Shown in pieces: positions 1-10,095 of a DNA stretch of 64,000 nucleotides; position 1 is the stretch's first letter, and each line of letters starts with the position of its first letter. The notes under the pieces are model-generated. The model saw only the letters and a program-made list of their open reading frames with translations, was not told the origin of the DNA and did no database searches. Source of the stretch: Planctomycetota bacterium (GTDB taxonomy: Bacteria > Planctomycetota > UBA8742 > UBA2392); assembly GCA_016712285.1 (NCBI GenBank), contig JADJRK010000001.1, forward strand, positions 2,821,188-2,885,187, given 5' to 3'. A program made the translations under genes and the position numbers.

Positions 1-2747
1 CAATGCTTGAGCATGTCGGTGACGAACTGCGGCACGTCTTTGCGGCCGATCAGCTCGAACACTTCCACCGGCTCGGACTTGCCCTTGACGACGATCAGGT
101 CAATCGCGCGCGTGGTGAACTCGCCGCGGATCAGTTTCTCAGTGTTCTGGCCGATCAAAATGTCTGTCCCGTACTCCTTGCACTGCGGCTCAAGGCGCGC
201 CGCAAGGTTCACCGCGTCGCCCATCACCGTGTAGGCAAAGCGCTTGCTGCTGCCCATGTTGCCGACCGTCATCAGGCCGCTGTTGATGCCGGCGCGGGCG
301 TACAACACGGTGCCGTCCGGCTTGATCAGTTGCGGCGCAATGCCACGAATGCTGTCGGCAAACAGCGGCTGCATGCGTTGCAGCTCGGCGCGGCAGGTCA
401 ACGCGCCGCGGCAGGCGCGCACGGCGTGGTCGGCCTGGTCCACGGGCGCGCCCCAGAAGCACATGATCGCGTCGCCGATGTACTTGTCGATCACGCCGCC
501 GGTCTCGAGCATCAGGTCGGTCATGCGCTCGAGGTAGATATTCAGCAGCTCGACCAGCCGCTCGGGGTTGTTCGGCCCCAGTGTTTCCGTGACCGTGGTG
601 AAGCCGGCGACGTCGCTGAAAAACACGCTCATGGCGCGGTTTTCGCCGCCCAGTTTCAGCGCGCCGGGGTTCTTGATCACGTAATCGACCAATTCGCGGC
701 CCATGTACTGGCGCGCGAACGATTCGCGCTGGCGCTTCTGCGCGCCCTCGGTCAACGCCTTGGCAAGCGCGCCATGACTGAACCCGAACAGCAAGCCGGC
801 CAGCGGCGCTGCCAGCGGCAGGAAGTGCTGCTGCTCAAACGCCACCCAGCCGGCGACAAGCACCAGCACGGCCAGCAGCAGCGTCAGCACCAGCCCGTTG
901 CGCAACTGCCCGGCATACAACACGGTGACGACCGTGAACGCGGCGCCGAACAGCGCCAGCAGCCATGCCAGCCAGCGCGGGGACTCGGTCATGAAGTCTT
1001 CGTTCTTGAGGTTGTCGAAATACGTCGCCAGCACCCAGGTGCCGGGTGTGTTGCTGTCCAGCGGCGTATCGTGACGATCAAGCAGCCCAATCGCGGTCGC
1101 CGCGATGATGACAACCTTGTCCTTGACGATGGCCGATGGTTCGCCGAGCCCCAGCGAATGCACTGGTTGTGACTCGACGGCTTGCAGCCGCATCTGCGCA
1201 TCCGAAAGCTGGGCCTGAAGCGCTTCACGGTCTTCTTCGGCGGCTGACGCAAGGCTCTTTTCCAGTTCAGGGATCAGCGCGTTCAGGCGCTGCGTTTCGC
1301 CGGCCTTAAAGCGATTGTCGCTCAGGAAGTCCCAGTCGCGCAGGATGTCGGTGGCTGACAACTGCGGATACACCGCGAACAGGCGGTCGTCGGGGTGACG
1401 GTCTTTCACCGCTTGCTGCTGCTCAGGCGAAAGGTAGTTCCAGTCCGCATTCTGGTCAGGACGCAGATAGCCGCGATAGCGCAACTGCACGCGCGACGAA
1501 CCATCCAGCGGCATCGCGCGGCCAAGATAGCTGGCCGTGTCGCCCTCAATGCTTACCGGCACATCCTGCAACTCGTTGGCGAGATCGTACGTTACGCCGT
1601 CGCACTCCAGCCCCTGCGCCGTAAGCATCAGGCCGCTGAAGCGCGAATTGAATTCATCCAGCCGGCCGGCGGCTGAGAACTCCCGCGCATAAGACAGCAC
1701 GTACAGGCGCCAGGTCTCAAGCGGCAACGTGCGGTACAGCCGCGCGTCGTGGGCGCCGACCACGTCGTAGCGGCGCAACACGCCGTCAAGATCTTCAAAG
1801 CCCATCACCAGGCCCAGCCCTGCAACGCCTTGCGGCGCCGTCGAAGCCACCGGCAGCAACGATCGAAGGCGTGGTGACTCATTCAGCCACGGGTCACCGT
1901 TGATGCGTTTGCGCAGGCTGGCGAGTTTCTTGTCTGCACCCTCTGCACCGCGGCGGCCTTCTTCAACGAGTGTGGGCCACCCGTCCAGGAGCGCGGGGTA
2001 GGGCGCCTCGGCTGTCCGGAACTTGGCGTAGCGGTCCGCCACGTTGTCGAGCACTTCCGGCTGGCCGTCGCCGCCGAGCTTCCCGGCGTACGCGGGCAGC
2101 AGGTCGTCGCGCACGTCTTTGTTGCGATTGGTGGCGCCCAGCACCAGTGCCAGCGCGACGTCGTCTTGTGCGGTCGCTTCCATGGCGAACAGGTCATCGC
2201 CGGCCTGGTCGAACGTCCACATGCGCGTGAGGTTGCCGTTGACCTCGCGTACCAGCATGGCCTGGTTGGTGTTCGGGCCGCTCTCGCTGTAGATCATGTC
2301 GAACACGATGACGCGGGCGCCGCCTTCGCGGCAGTAGCGAATGATCTTGCTGTACACGTGGCGTGGCCATGGCCAGGCGTAACGGTCGGCTGCGGCGCTG
2401 CCGTCTTCGGCGGTTTGCCACGAGTCGCCGTATGCCAATGCGGCTTCATCTATGTTGATCAGCAGGATGTCGGGGTCGCGCTGTTCGTTGGTTTCGAATG
2501 TGCGCACGCGGGCGTCGCGGCTTGGCAATTCGACGTAGTCGATCAGCGCCGCCTCGTCCCATTGCACAAGCAGCAGGCTGGTAACAGCGCAGGCGGCGAT
2601 GCAGGCCAGCAGCGCGGTCACGGCGCGCTGGCGCGGCTCGTGCGCTTTGCCGAACTCGGTGCGGGCTTTGCGCAGCTTTTCGCCGGCGCGCACCATGGTG
2701 CTGCCCAAGCCGGACATCGCCCGCTCAACTGTGTTGCCGTCACCCAT
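1..2747 (-). CDS. CHASE2-domain adenylate/guanylate cyclase (C-terminus cut by window edge)
   Basis: Minus-strand frame reads from ATG at 2745-2747 to the window edge; translation of the 3' part gives class III cyclase motifs (FSDVAGFT, GDAVNLAARLE, VKGKSEPVEVFEL) preceded by TM segments and a long CHASE2-like N-terminal region. Absent from ORF track because no stop lies inside the window; track ORF 3..1172 (+) is its antisense shadow. Confidence 0.8.
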   Translation of the reverse strand, partial: MGDGNTVERAMSGLGSTMVRAGEKLRKARTEFGKAHEPRQRAVTALLACIAACAVTSLLLVQWDEAALIDYVELPSRDARVRTFETNEQRDPDILLINIDEAALAYGDSWQTAEDGSAAADRYAWPWPRHVYSKIIRYCREGGARVIVFDMIYSESGPNTNQAMLVREVNGNLTRMWTFDQAGDDLFAMEATAQDDVALALVLGATNRNKDVRDDLLPAYAGKLGGDGQPEVLDNVADRYAKFRTAEAPYPALLDGWPTLVEEGRRGAEGADKKLASLRKRINGDPWLNESPRLRSLLPVASTAPQGVAGLGLVMGFEDLDGVLRRYDVVGAHDARLYRTLPLETWRLYVLSYAREFSAAGRLDEFNSRFSGLMLTAQGLECDGVTYDLANELQDVPVSIEGDTASYLGRAMPLDGSSRVQLRYRGYLRPDQNADWNYLSPEQQQAVKDRHPDDRLFAVYPQLSATDILRDWDFLSDNRFKAGETQRLNALIPELEKSLASAAEEDREALQAQLSDAQMRLQAVESQPVHSLGLGEPSAIVKDKVVIIAATAIGLLDRHDTPLDSNTPGTWVLATYFDNLKNEDFMTESPRWLAWLLALFGAAFTVVTVLYAGQLRNGLVLTLLLAVLVLVAGWVAFEQQHFLPLAAPLAGLLFGFSHGALAKALTEGAQKRQRESFARQYMGRELVDYVIKNPGALKLGGENRAMSVFFSDVAGFTTVTETLGPNNPERLVELLNIYLERMTDLMLETGGVIDKYIGDAIMCFWGAPVDQADHAVRACRGALTCRAELQRMQPLFADSIRGIAPQLIKPDGTVLYARAGINSGLMTVGNMGSSKRFAYTVMGDAVNLAARLEPQCKEYGTDILIGQNTEKLIRGEFTTRAIDLIVVKGKSEPVEVFELIGRKDVPQFVTDMLKH

Positions 2748-2868
2748 CACCGGACCACCATAGAGTCTGAGCCCCCACGGCGGGAGTCTTGAGTGCTGTG
2801 TTCAGCGCGCCTTGCGGAATTCGCATTCCGAAATCCAAATCGCTTTCGTGGCTTGCTATCTTGCGGAC

Positions 2869-3879
2869 ATGCTTGAAGACGGCCACATCTTTGTCGCGGA
2901 CATTGCCGAAGGCCCTATCCACGCCGTGTACCTGGTGCAGGATGCGCGCAAGTTGACCACGCGCAACGGAAAGCCGTACCTTGCGCTTACCCTGATGGAC
3001 AACACCGGCAGCATCGGCGCCAAGCGCTGGGATGTGAGCGACGAAGAAGTCGCCACTGCCAAACAGGGCAGCTACCTCGAGATCACCGGGGCCGTGGAGC
3101 TGTACCGCAACGCACCCCAGATCATCATCTCGGCGCTTCGCCAAGCACAGCCGGAAGACATCCTGCGCGAAGCCTTTGAGCACTCACCCGAGTTTGACCC
3201 GGCCGACCTGTTGCAGCAGGTCAAGGACATGCTGCTGGGCCTGCACGATGAAGACCTGCGGCGGCTTGCACAGGCGTATCTTGACGATGATGCGTTCATG
3301 GCGCGGTTCGAAATCGGGCCCGCGGCGCAGCGCATGCACCACCCGTATCGTTTCGGCCTGCTTGAGCATGTGCACAGCGTGATGCGCCTTGGTGAGCGCA
3401 TGTGCGAGCACTACGCGTGGGTAGACCGCGGCATGGTGCTGCTGGGCCTGTTCCTGCACGACAGCGGAAAGGTCGTGGAACTGGTCGGCGAAGAGGCCCC
3501 CGGCTACAGCATCGAAGGCGAATTGCTGGGGCACATCACGATCGGCATCAACATGCTCGACCGAAAGTTGCAGGCGCTTGAGGGCTTCCCGCACCGCAAG
3601 GGCGTGTTGCTCAAGCACATCATCTTGAGCCATCACGGGCTGCAGGAGTGGGGCAGCCCAAAGCCGCCGATGACACCCGAGGCGCTGGTCGTACACACAA
3701 TCGAGATGATGGACGCCAAGATGAATGCGTTTCTGCGCGAGCAGGTTGAGGCGCCGGAGCAGACAGACGAGCTGGGCGGCCTGCGCTGGAGCAACCTGCT
3801 CAAGCGCAAGATCCTGACCACGGGCCCGGGCACAGGGCATGCGCCTTCCGCGCACGGCAACAACGGCGAATCTGAGTAA
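2869..3879 (+). CDS. OB-fold plus HD-domain phosphohydrolase (YhaM-like 3'-5' exoribonuclease family)
   Basis: Track ORF 2812..3879; N-terminal OB-fold-like segment (GKPYLALTLMDNTGSIGAKRW) followed by HD motifs (HSVMRLGERM, LFLHDSGK, ILSHHG). ATG at 2869 chosen over the TTG at 2812. Confidence 0.7.
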   Translation: MLEDGHIFVADIAEGPIHAVYLVQDARKLTTRNGKPYLALTLMDNTGSIGAKRWDVSDEEVATAKQGSYLEITGAVELYRNAPQIIISALRQAQPEDILREAFEHSPEFDPADLLQQVKDMLLGLHDEDLRRLAQAYLDDDAFMARFEIGPAAQRMHHPYRFGLLEHVHSVMRLGERMCEHYAWVDRGMVLLGLFLHDSGKVVELVGEEAPGYSIEGELLGHITIGINMLDRKLQALEGFPHRKGVLLKHIILSHHGLQEWGSPKPPMTPEALVVHTIEMMDAKMNAFLREQVEAPEQTDELGGLRWSNLLKRKILTTGPGTGHAPSAHGNNGESE

Positions 3880-3993
3880 ATTCCGCCCTAAGCCATCGCA
3901 TCAGAACCGTGGCAGCTGCCAGGATTTGCACCAAATGCAAACGCCGCGGATTACTCCGCGGCGTTGCGTTCCCTGCTGTGCATCAAGCTGGTC

Positions 3994-4019
3994 CCTTCCG
4001 GGCCCTAAGGCCCGGAAGG
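3994..4019. terminator. GC-rich perfect hairpin (ccttccgggcc-ctaa-ggcccggaagg) downstream of the HD-domain gene; no U-tract
   Basis: 11-bp perfect inverted repeat with 4-nt loop read directly from sequence; a second palindrome ccgcgg-attact-ccgcgg lies at 3943-3960. Confidence 0.4.
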
Positions 4020-4248
4020 TGCGGTGGTCAGTCAGGTTGCGGGCGGGCGATAAACCCGACTGATTCACCTTACCTTATTAAACGACTGGTTGGTTGCTTG
4101 TCATTCCCGAAGCGCACAAACACTCCAAATTCTTGCGAACTCACGAAGCTACTCACCTCACACCACCTTCCAAGGCCTCTTTGTGTTTGCGGTTACGCGC
4201 AACCTGCATACCCTTGAAGTGTTCCATTGCCTCTACTGAGGAGTCGCT

Positions 4249-5814
4249 ATGCGCTTATTCTTCACCTTGGCCATCTGTGCACTGACCCTGGTCGCCATTT
4301 CCGGCCTGGCCCGGGCAGAGCAGATTCGCCTCTCTGACGGGCGCTACCTGCAGGGCGAAGTCGCCGAGGTCAAGGAAGACGGCTTTGTCTTCAAGCTGAC
4401 CGATACCGGCGGCAAGGTGTTCCTGCGCTGGAGCCAGGTCGATGCCGGCTTGAAGAAGCGCCTGACGAACGACAAAGACCCGGACGAAGGGCTGAACCTG
4501 GAAGTCATGGTGCCCGGTGCACGCCTTGAGCTGATCGACGGCACGATTTACGAGGGCAACATCACGCAGGTCGGCGGCGGCTACAAGGTGGTCAACCGCG
4601 ACTTCGCCAAGGGCAGAACGATCGCGGATGCGGACGTGGTCGAAGAAGGCTACATCACCGACATCATGATCGACGCCTCGTCGATGATGGTCGAAAGCGA
4701 AGTGCTCAAGCTGGCTGAAGATGAGCGCTCACCGCTTGAGACAGCGCGCCAGTTCTACGAGATGGCACGCATCGCCGACAACCTGGGCCTGTACATGGAG
4801 GCCAAGGACTTTGTCACGCTGGCGCTGGCCGCCGGCCCCGATGCCAAGCTGGAAGCCCGCCTTACCGCATACGACGCGACGCTGGACGAGCTGATCCGGC
4901 AGAAGGGCCTGCTGACCGCGCTGGCCGGTGCGCGCCAGCTTGCCAAGAAGAAGAAGTTCCAGACCGCACTGGATGTGCTGACCAACGCCAAGAACGAGTA
5001 CAAGCCCACCGAGACCGTGCTGGCCAAGTGGGACCTGACCTACGCCGAGATTGACCTGCAGTTCACGGCCTTTGTCGTCACCGAGTGGTACAAGCAGATG
5101 CGCCCGGTGACCCGCACCAAACTGAAGGAAAAAGGCCTCACCATCAGCGACTGCATCAGCTGGGCGCGGCGCGAGATTGACAACATGATCAGCGCCAAAA
5201 TCGCCGAGCTTGTCGGCAGCACCACCGCCGACGACATGAAAAAGCGCTTCATCCAGCGCTTCAACCTTGAAGCCGAAGGCAAGCTGCGCCTGACCATGAA
5301 GAAGGCCAGCTTTGGCGAGACCGGCTTCTACCAGATCGTCGGCGGGCACCTGCCGATCAACGGCAAGAAGCCCGAGCCTGCGACGCCGACACCCCCGGGC
5401 GGGCGCCCGGGTCCCGGCGGCAGCGGGTCAGGCCCCGGCGGCGACCGCAGCGGCAGCGTGGTCCCCGGTGAAGACATCGGCGACTTCTTGAAGAGCCAGG
5501 GTTTCCAGGACAGCGAAAACAAGGGCGGCGAGCTGCCCGGCGGCATCAAGCCCGAGGACATCCGCGACTTCCTGAAGAAGATCGCCGGCGACGACAGCAA
5601 GTCAGACGGCGAAAAGAAAGACGGCGGCGCACCCGCCATCGGCAAGCAGGACATCTCGCACCTGAAGGTGCCGGCGACTGTGCCGACACTGCAGGAGTGG
5701 TGGGACGGCGCCAGCAGCACCACCAAGGCCAAGTGGCTTGAGGCTTACTATGCCCGCTACGCCGGCACGATGCGCGTGTTTGAACTCGACGACTGGAACG
5801 TGAAGTTCAAGTAA
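4249..5814 (+). CDS. secreted hypothetical protein with Gly/Pro-rich linker
   Basis: 521-aa ORF with N-terminal signal peptide (MRLFFTLAICALTLVAISGLARA) and a low-complexity G/P-rich segment near residue 360; no recognisable catalytic motif. Confidence 0.6.
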   Translation: MRLFFTLAICALTLVAISGLARAEQIRLSDGRYLQGEVAEVKEDGFVFKLTDTGGKVFLRWSQVDAGLKKRLTNDKDPDEGLNLEVMVPGARLELIDGTIYEGNITQVGGGYKVVNRDFAKGRTIADADVVEEGYITDIMIDASSMMVESEVLKLAEDERSPLETARQFYEMARIADNLGLYMEAKDFVTLALAAGPDAKLEARLTAYDATLDELIRQKGLLTALAGARQLAKKKKFQTALDVLTNAKNEYKPTETVLAKWDLTYAEIDLQFTAFVVTEWYKQMRPVTRTKLKEKGLTISDCISWARREIDNMISAKIAELVGSTTADDMKKRFIQRFNLEAEGKLRLTMKKASFGETGFYQIVGGHLPINGKKPEPATPTPPGGRPGPGGSGSGPGGDRSGSVVPGEDIGDFLKSQGFQDSENKGGELPGGIKPEDIRDFLKKIAGDDSKSDGEKKDGGAPAIGKQDISHLKVPATVPTLQEWWDGASSTTKAKWLEAYYARYAGTMRVFELDDWNVKFK

Positions 5815-5827
5815 CTGCCGTTCGCTC

Positions 5828-5862
5828 ACAGACCCCCGCGCTATGCGGGGGTCTCTGTTTTT
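5828..5862. terminator. bidirectional rho-independent terminator between convergent genes
   Basis: Hairpin agaccccc-gcgctatgc-gggggtct followed by ctgttttt; the stop codon of the minus-strand DMT gene (5841-5843) sits inside the loop. Confidence 0.6.
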
Positions 5863-6827
5863 GCAGGCAGCCGCGGACGCTTGCGCAAAAACTCGGCACT
5901 TATGTTTGCCAGCAGGATCATCACCGCCCCGAAAACAAGCCATCCATCCAGCCGGTCACGGCCGGCGACGATGCTGATAACTGAGGCAAACACCGGCTCA
6001 GCGGTGTAGACGATGGCGGCCCGCGACGGCAGCAGCTCTTTCTGCCAGCGGTTGAGCACACTGACGGCGACAACAGTCGCCAGCGTGGCGCACAGCAGCA
6101 TCGTGCGCCAGAACTCGACGCTCGACAGCGCCGCTGCAAGCGGTAACGGCTCAAACAGCGCAATGCCGCCGGGCGCAACCACGACCGCCACGGTTGTAAA
6201 CAGCGTCGCGAACACGAACATCACCAGCGTGACTGCCATCGGGTCGGCGCGCTTCGTGCCGGTGTCGGTCATCAAAATGTGCACGCCGAACACCACGGCG
6301 CACCCGATGGTGGCCCATGCGCCCAGCGAAAGGCCGCCCTGCGGCGGGCCCTTGATGTAGGCGGCGCCCAGTGTTGCCAGCAGCACGCCGATCATCACGC
6401 CGCGCGGCGGCAGGCGCCGAAACACAATCGCCGCGATCAACGGTGTTGCCACAACGTACAGGCTGGTCAGGAACGCCGACTGGCTGGGCAGCACGTCCGA
6501 CTGCGCCAAGCCGAAGATCTGCAGCAGAAAGCCCAGCGTAAACGGCAGGCTGAGCAGAAAGCCCCACTTCAGGGCCGTCCGGTCAAGGCGCTTGACGCTG
6601 CGGGGGACCACGATCGGCATCAACAGGGCGGCAACCAGGAAGCGCCACAGCAGAAAGAATGCCCCCACCGCGGCAGGCCGCTCGTCGCCGTAGATCGCCT
6701 GCAACGCGTCGGTGCCCTCTTTCATCCACAGGAAAGTCGCGCCCCAGAAGATGCAGACCGACAGCAGCGCCAAGATTGCGATCAGGCGCGTGCGCGGGCT
6801 CTGCACTGTGGTGGTCGGGTCCGGCAT
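5841..6827 (-). CDS. DMT-superfamily (EamA-like) transporter
   Basis: Track ORF 5841..6857; about 10 predicted TM helices in two halves typical of EamA/DMT permeases; start taken at ATG 6827 (MPDPTTT). Confidence 0.7.
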   Translation of the reverse strand: MPDPTTTVQSPRTRLIAILALLSVCIFWGATFLWMKEGTDALQAIYGDERPAAVGAFFLLWRFLVAALLMPIVVPRSVKRLDRTALKWGFLLSLPFTLGFLLQIFGLAQSDVLPSQSAFLTSLYVVATPLIAAIVFRRLPPRGVMIGVLLATLGAAYIKGPPQGGLSLGAWATIGCAVVFGVHILMTDTGTKRADPMAVTLVMFVFATLFTTVAVVVAPGGIALFEPLPLAAALSSVEFWRTMLLCATLATVVAVSVLNRWQKELLPSRAAIVYTAEPVFASVISIVAGRDRLDGWLVFGAVMILLANISAEFLRKRPRLPAKTETPA

Positions 6828-6885
6828 GGGTGGCAGAAGCGTAGACGCGCAATGCAATCACGCAATGCCAATCGCGCGCTGCCCT

Positions 6886-8655
6886 TTATGCCGACAGACG
6901 CTCGAGCTCGGATTCGACTGCCTCGACCAGCGGCTTGAGCGTTTCCGCGTCCATGCCAAAGCGCAGGCCGGCCGCCTTGAACAGGTCGCGCAACCCGCGC
7001 GAGCCGCCAAGGCTGAGGGCGTGGCGATACTTCGCCAGCGTGCCGACGGTGTCTTTGCGCGAGTGCAGCCACACCTGCAACGCGCCAATCTGCGCAATCG
7101 CGTACTCAATGAAATAGAACGGCGCCCAGAAGAAGTGGCCGATGTTGGTCCAGCGCGCGTCGCGGAACTTTTCCAGCCCGGTCCACTCGGTGCCCGCGTT
7201 GAAGCGCTGCGCCTGCGCGCGCCACTGCGCCGTCACGGCGTCGGCGCCTGCACCGGCATGGGTGTAGATCCAGTGCTGGAACTGGTCGCCCTGCGCGATC
7301 ATCACCAGCACCTCCAGCGTGCGTTCCAGTTGTTCTGCTTGCGCACGCTTGATGTCGGCCGGCGCATAGAACTCGTTGACGTGCGGCATGCCCAGCAATT
7401 CCATCGACATGCTGGCCACTTCGCAGAATTCCATGGGCGCGTGGCGATAGGCAAACAACGGCTGGTCAGCCGCCGCGAACGCGTGAAAGGCGTGGCCGCC
7501 TTCGTGCAGCAGCGTGCGCACGTCAGAGTCCAGGCCCACGGCGTTCATGAAGATGAACGGCAGGCGCGCCTCGCACAGTGTGCTCTGGTAGCCGCCGGGG
7601 GCCTTGCCCTCACGGTTGGCAAGGTCAAGCAGCCCCAGCTCGCGCATGCGGTCGAACTGGTTGCCGAGTGCCGGGTCAATGCGGTGGAAGATGCGCGAGC
7701 ACCCAAGCTTGAGCTGCTCCACGTCGTCAAAGGGCTTCAGCGGCGGCTTGCCGGTTGTGTCAACGTCAAGGTCCCACGGCCGCAACGACGGCAGGCCCAG
7801 CGCTTCGCCGCGCCGCTGCTGCATGCGCCGGACGGCCGGCAGCACGACCTGCTCTACGCCATGGGCAAACACGTCGCAATCGTCGGGCGTGTAGTCGAAG
7901 CGCAGATAGCTCTGCCACGTATAATCCCGAAAGTCGGCGCAGCCGGCATTGCGCGCGATCTGCTCGCGCAGCCGCAACTGGCCCTCGAACAGCCGTCCCA
8001 GGCCCTCATGCTCGGCCAAGAGCCGCTCGTTGCCCGCCCTCCAGGCCCTTTCGCGCAGGCTTCGGTCCTGCTCAAGCCCGAACTTTGCCATCTGCACGGG
8101 CGTGTAGCGGCTGCCCTCGAAGTCGATGGTGACCGCGCCCTGGACCTCGTCGAACTGCTTGGTGAGCTTGGCAAGCTCGGTCTGCAGCGGGATGTTCTCG
8201 GGCCGGTACAGCGCAAGCTGGGCCAGCACCGCGCGCTCGTAAACGGCGTATCGTGCGGGGTCAAGGGCGCTGCGCGCGGGGGCTGCCTGGAACTTGCGGT
8301 CCAGCGCGTCGATCGCCTGCTTCAGTTGCGGCTCGAACTTCTCGACCCAGTCCAGAAAGACCTGCTTGTTCTCTTCGCTGGCGGTATCCAGCGTGGTGCG
8401 AATGTGAATGCGCGCGCCGACTTCGTTGATGACCGCCGCGAGTTCACTGCTGTCGCGCATCCATTGTTCCAGCGCGTCGGCGTCGGCAAGGTCCGCGTCG
8501 ATCAAGCGCTGGAACAGCGGGGCTACGTCCTCATAGGCGCGCACGACCAGGCCTTGCGGCACAAAGCTGCGCGGGTAATTGCGGGGCAAGGCTTCGAGGG
8601 TGTCAGTCACAATGGCCTCCGTTGCCAGAATAACGCACCGGGGCCAAGGGGCCAT
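6886..8655 (-). CDS. M3-family oligoendopeptidase (PepF-like)
   Basis: 589-aa ORF containing the zinc motif HEGGHAFH and M3B-like architecture; the 715-aa + strand ORF 6712..8859 is its antisense shadow. Confidence 0.8.
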   Translation of the reverse strand: MAPWPRCVILATEAIVTDTLEALPRNYPRSFVPQGLVVRAYEDVAPLFQRLIDADLADADALEQWMRDSSELAAVINEVGARIHIRTTLDTASEENKQVFLDWVEKFEPQLKQAIDALDRKFQAAPARSALDPARYAVYERAVLAQLALYRPENIPLQTELAKLTKQFDEVQGAVTIDFEGSRYTPVQMAKFGLEQDRSLRERAWRAGNERLLAEHEGLGRLFEGQLRLREQIARNAGCADFRDYTWQSYLRFDYTPDDCDVFAHGVEQVVLPAVRRMQQRRGEALGLPSLRPWDLDVDTTGKPPLKPFDDVEQLKLGCSRIFHRIDPALGNQFDRMRELGLLDLANREGKAPGGYQSTLCEARLPFIFMNAVGLDSDVRTLLHEGGHAFHAFAAADQPLFAYRHAPMEFCEVASMSMELLGMPHVNEFYAPADIKRAQAEQLERTLEVLVMIAQGDQFQHWIYTHAGAGADAVTAQWRAQAQRFNAGTEWTGLEKFRDARWTNIGHFFWAPFYFIEYAIAQIGALQVWLHSRKDTVGTLAKYRHALSLGGSRGLRDLFKAAGLRFGMDAETLKPLVEAVESELERLSA

Positions 8656-8685
8656 ATCCGGATTCAGTATGAAATCTGCGGCGAC

Positions 8686-10044
8686 CTATTTCACAGCCGG
8701 GTCAGGTTCGCCCATGGCGATCAGCCGTGCGCGGCAGGCATCGGCGATCTCGCCCTGTCCTTCAAACGTGTCATAGGTCTTGCGGTACCACGCCGCGGCA
8801 TCGGCGTTGCGGCCCGCACCGTCATAGGCCTGGGCAAGCAGGTACATGCCGCTGGGTGACCCGGGCACCAGGCGCAATGCATGCTCAAGCCGGCTTGCCG
8901 ACACAGCCCAGTCGCTACGCCGCAGCGCCACAGCCCCGCCCATGAAACTGGGCCAGAAGCCTTCGCCGTCTAACGCCAGCGCCTTGCTGCTGCTTTGCTC
9001 GGCTTCGTCGTAGCGGCCCAGGTAGTACAGCGCCTGCGCGACGTTGACGTGCAGCACGGCATGGTCGCTGCGCTGGTTCACCGCCTGTTTGTACAGGTCC
9101 AGCGCCTGCTCAAGCTTCTGTTTGCGCACGGTTGCGTCTTCACTCTGTAGCGCCTCGCCGGCGAGCGCATCGCCGCGGTCGGCCAGGTCGTAGGCGGGCT
9201 GGGCCGCGCGCATGTCGACCAGGGCGCTGGTGTACTCGGCGTCGCCGCGGAAGTACTCGCCTTCTCCTTTGTATTCCTTCTCGAGTTGGCGACCCAGGTA
9301 GTCCACCCGGTTGCCGGGGTCGGGGTGGCTGGACAGGAACTCGGGCGTGCCGCCGCCGTGCTCGTGCGTGACTTCTTCCAGCATCCGCATCACGTTGATG
9401 ATGCCGTCGGGGTGATAGCCCGCGCGGGCGGCAAAGCGCATGCCGAAGGTGTCGGATTCTTTTTCGTTGTCGCGCGAATAGCTCAGGCTCAGCAACTGGT
9501 ACCCGACCAGGCCGATCAGCGCCACTCCTTCCATTTCTTCGCCGGTGCTGGCCACCAGCATCAGCCCGAGCATGACCAGCGTGGCCTCGCTCATGCGCTC
9601 AGTGCCGTGGCGCCCGAACACGTGCGTGACTTCATGGCCCAGCAGGCCCGCAAGTTCAGACTCGTCTTTCAGGCGCTGCATGATGCCGCGCGTGACAAAC
9701 ACGTGCCCGCCCGGCAGCGCGAACGCGTTGATCATGCTGGTGTTGACGACGTAGAAGTTGAACTCCCAGTCCGGGAACTGCGCCTCGCCCTTTAGCCGCG
9801 TGCGGCCGGCCTCCACGACCTTCTGGCCCACCCGGTTGACGTACTCCTGCGTGGCGCGATCGGGGTACAAGCCGCCGAGTTCTGCCACGATCGGCTGCAC
9901 GTTTTCGTCGCCGAGCTGTTTTTCGCTGTCGTAATCGTAGATGTTGAGCGTGGACTTGCCGGTGAGCGGGTCGGTCTGGCATGAGCTGACCAGCGGCAGA
10001 ACGGCAAACAGCAGGATCGGGATTGCGCGCAGCAGCAGTTTCAT
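8686..10044 (-). CDS. M48-family zinc metallopeptidase with C-terminal TPR repeats (lipoprotein)
   Basis: Signal peptide with lipobox (LVSSC), HExxH motif (LGHEVTHV) and TPR-like C-terminal repeats; AAGGAG Shine-Dalgarno upstream of the ATG. Confidence 0.8.
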   Translation of the reverse strand: MKLLLRAIPILLFAVLPLVSSCQTDPLTGKSTLNIYDYDSEKQLGDENVQPIVAELGGLYPDRATQEYVNRVGQKVVEAGRTRLKGEAQFPDWEFNFYVVNTSMINAFALPGGHVFVTRGIMQRLKDESELAGLLGHEVTHVFGRHGTERMSEATLVMLGLMLVASTGEEMEGVALIGLVGYQLLSLSYSRDNEKESDTFGMRFAARAGYHPDGIINVMRMLEEVTHEHGGGTPEFLSSHPDPGNRVDYLGRQLEKEYKGEGEYFRGDAEYTSALVDMRAAQPAYDLADRGDALAGEALQSEDATVRKQKLEQALDLYKQAVNQRSDHAVLHVNVAQALYYLGRYDEAEQSSSKALALDGEGFWPSFMGGAVALRRSDWAVSASRLEHALRLVPGSPSGMYLLAQAYDGAGRNADAAAWYRKTYDTFEGQGEIADACRARLIAMGEPDPAVK

Positions 10045-10095
10045 GGCTATCTCCTTGGCTGCCCTTTTATCCGCGTGCGCGCGGAAGCACAGCGG

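Noticed and set aside
3-1172. 389-aa + strand ORF at the start of the window
   Set aside because: Low-complexity Ala/Arg/Gln/His-rich translation; the opposite strand encodes a clear class III adenylate cyclase domain in the same interval, so this is an antisense shadow.
6712-8859. 715-aa + strand ORF
   Set aside because: Lies antisense to the M3 oligoendopeptidase gene (HEGGH motif on the minus strand); translation is Arg/Ala/Leu-rich without motifs.
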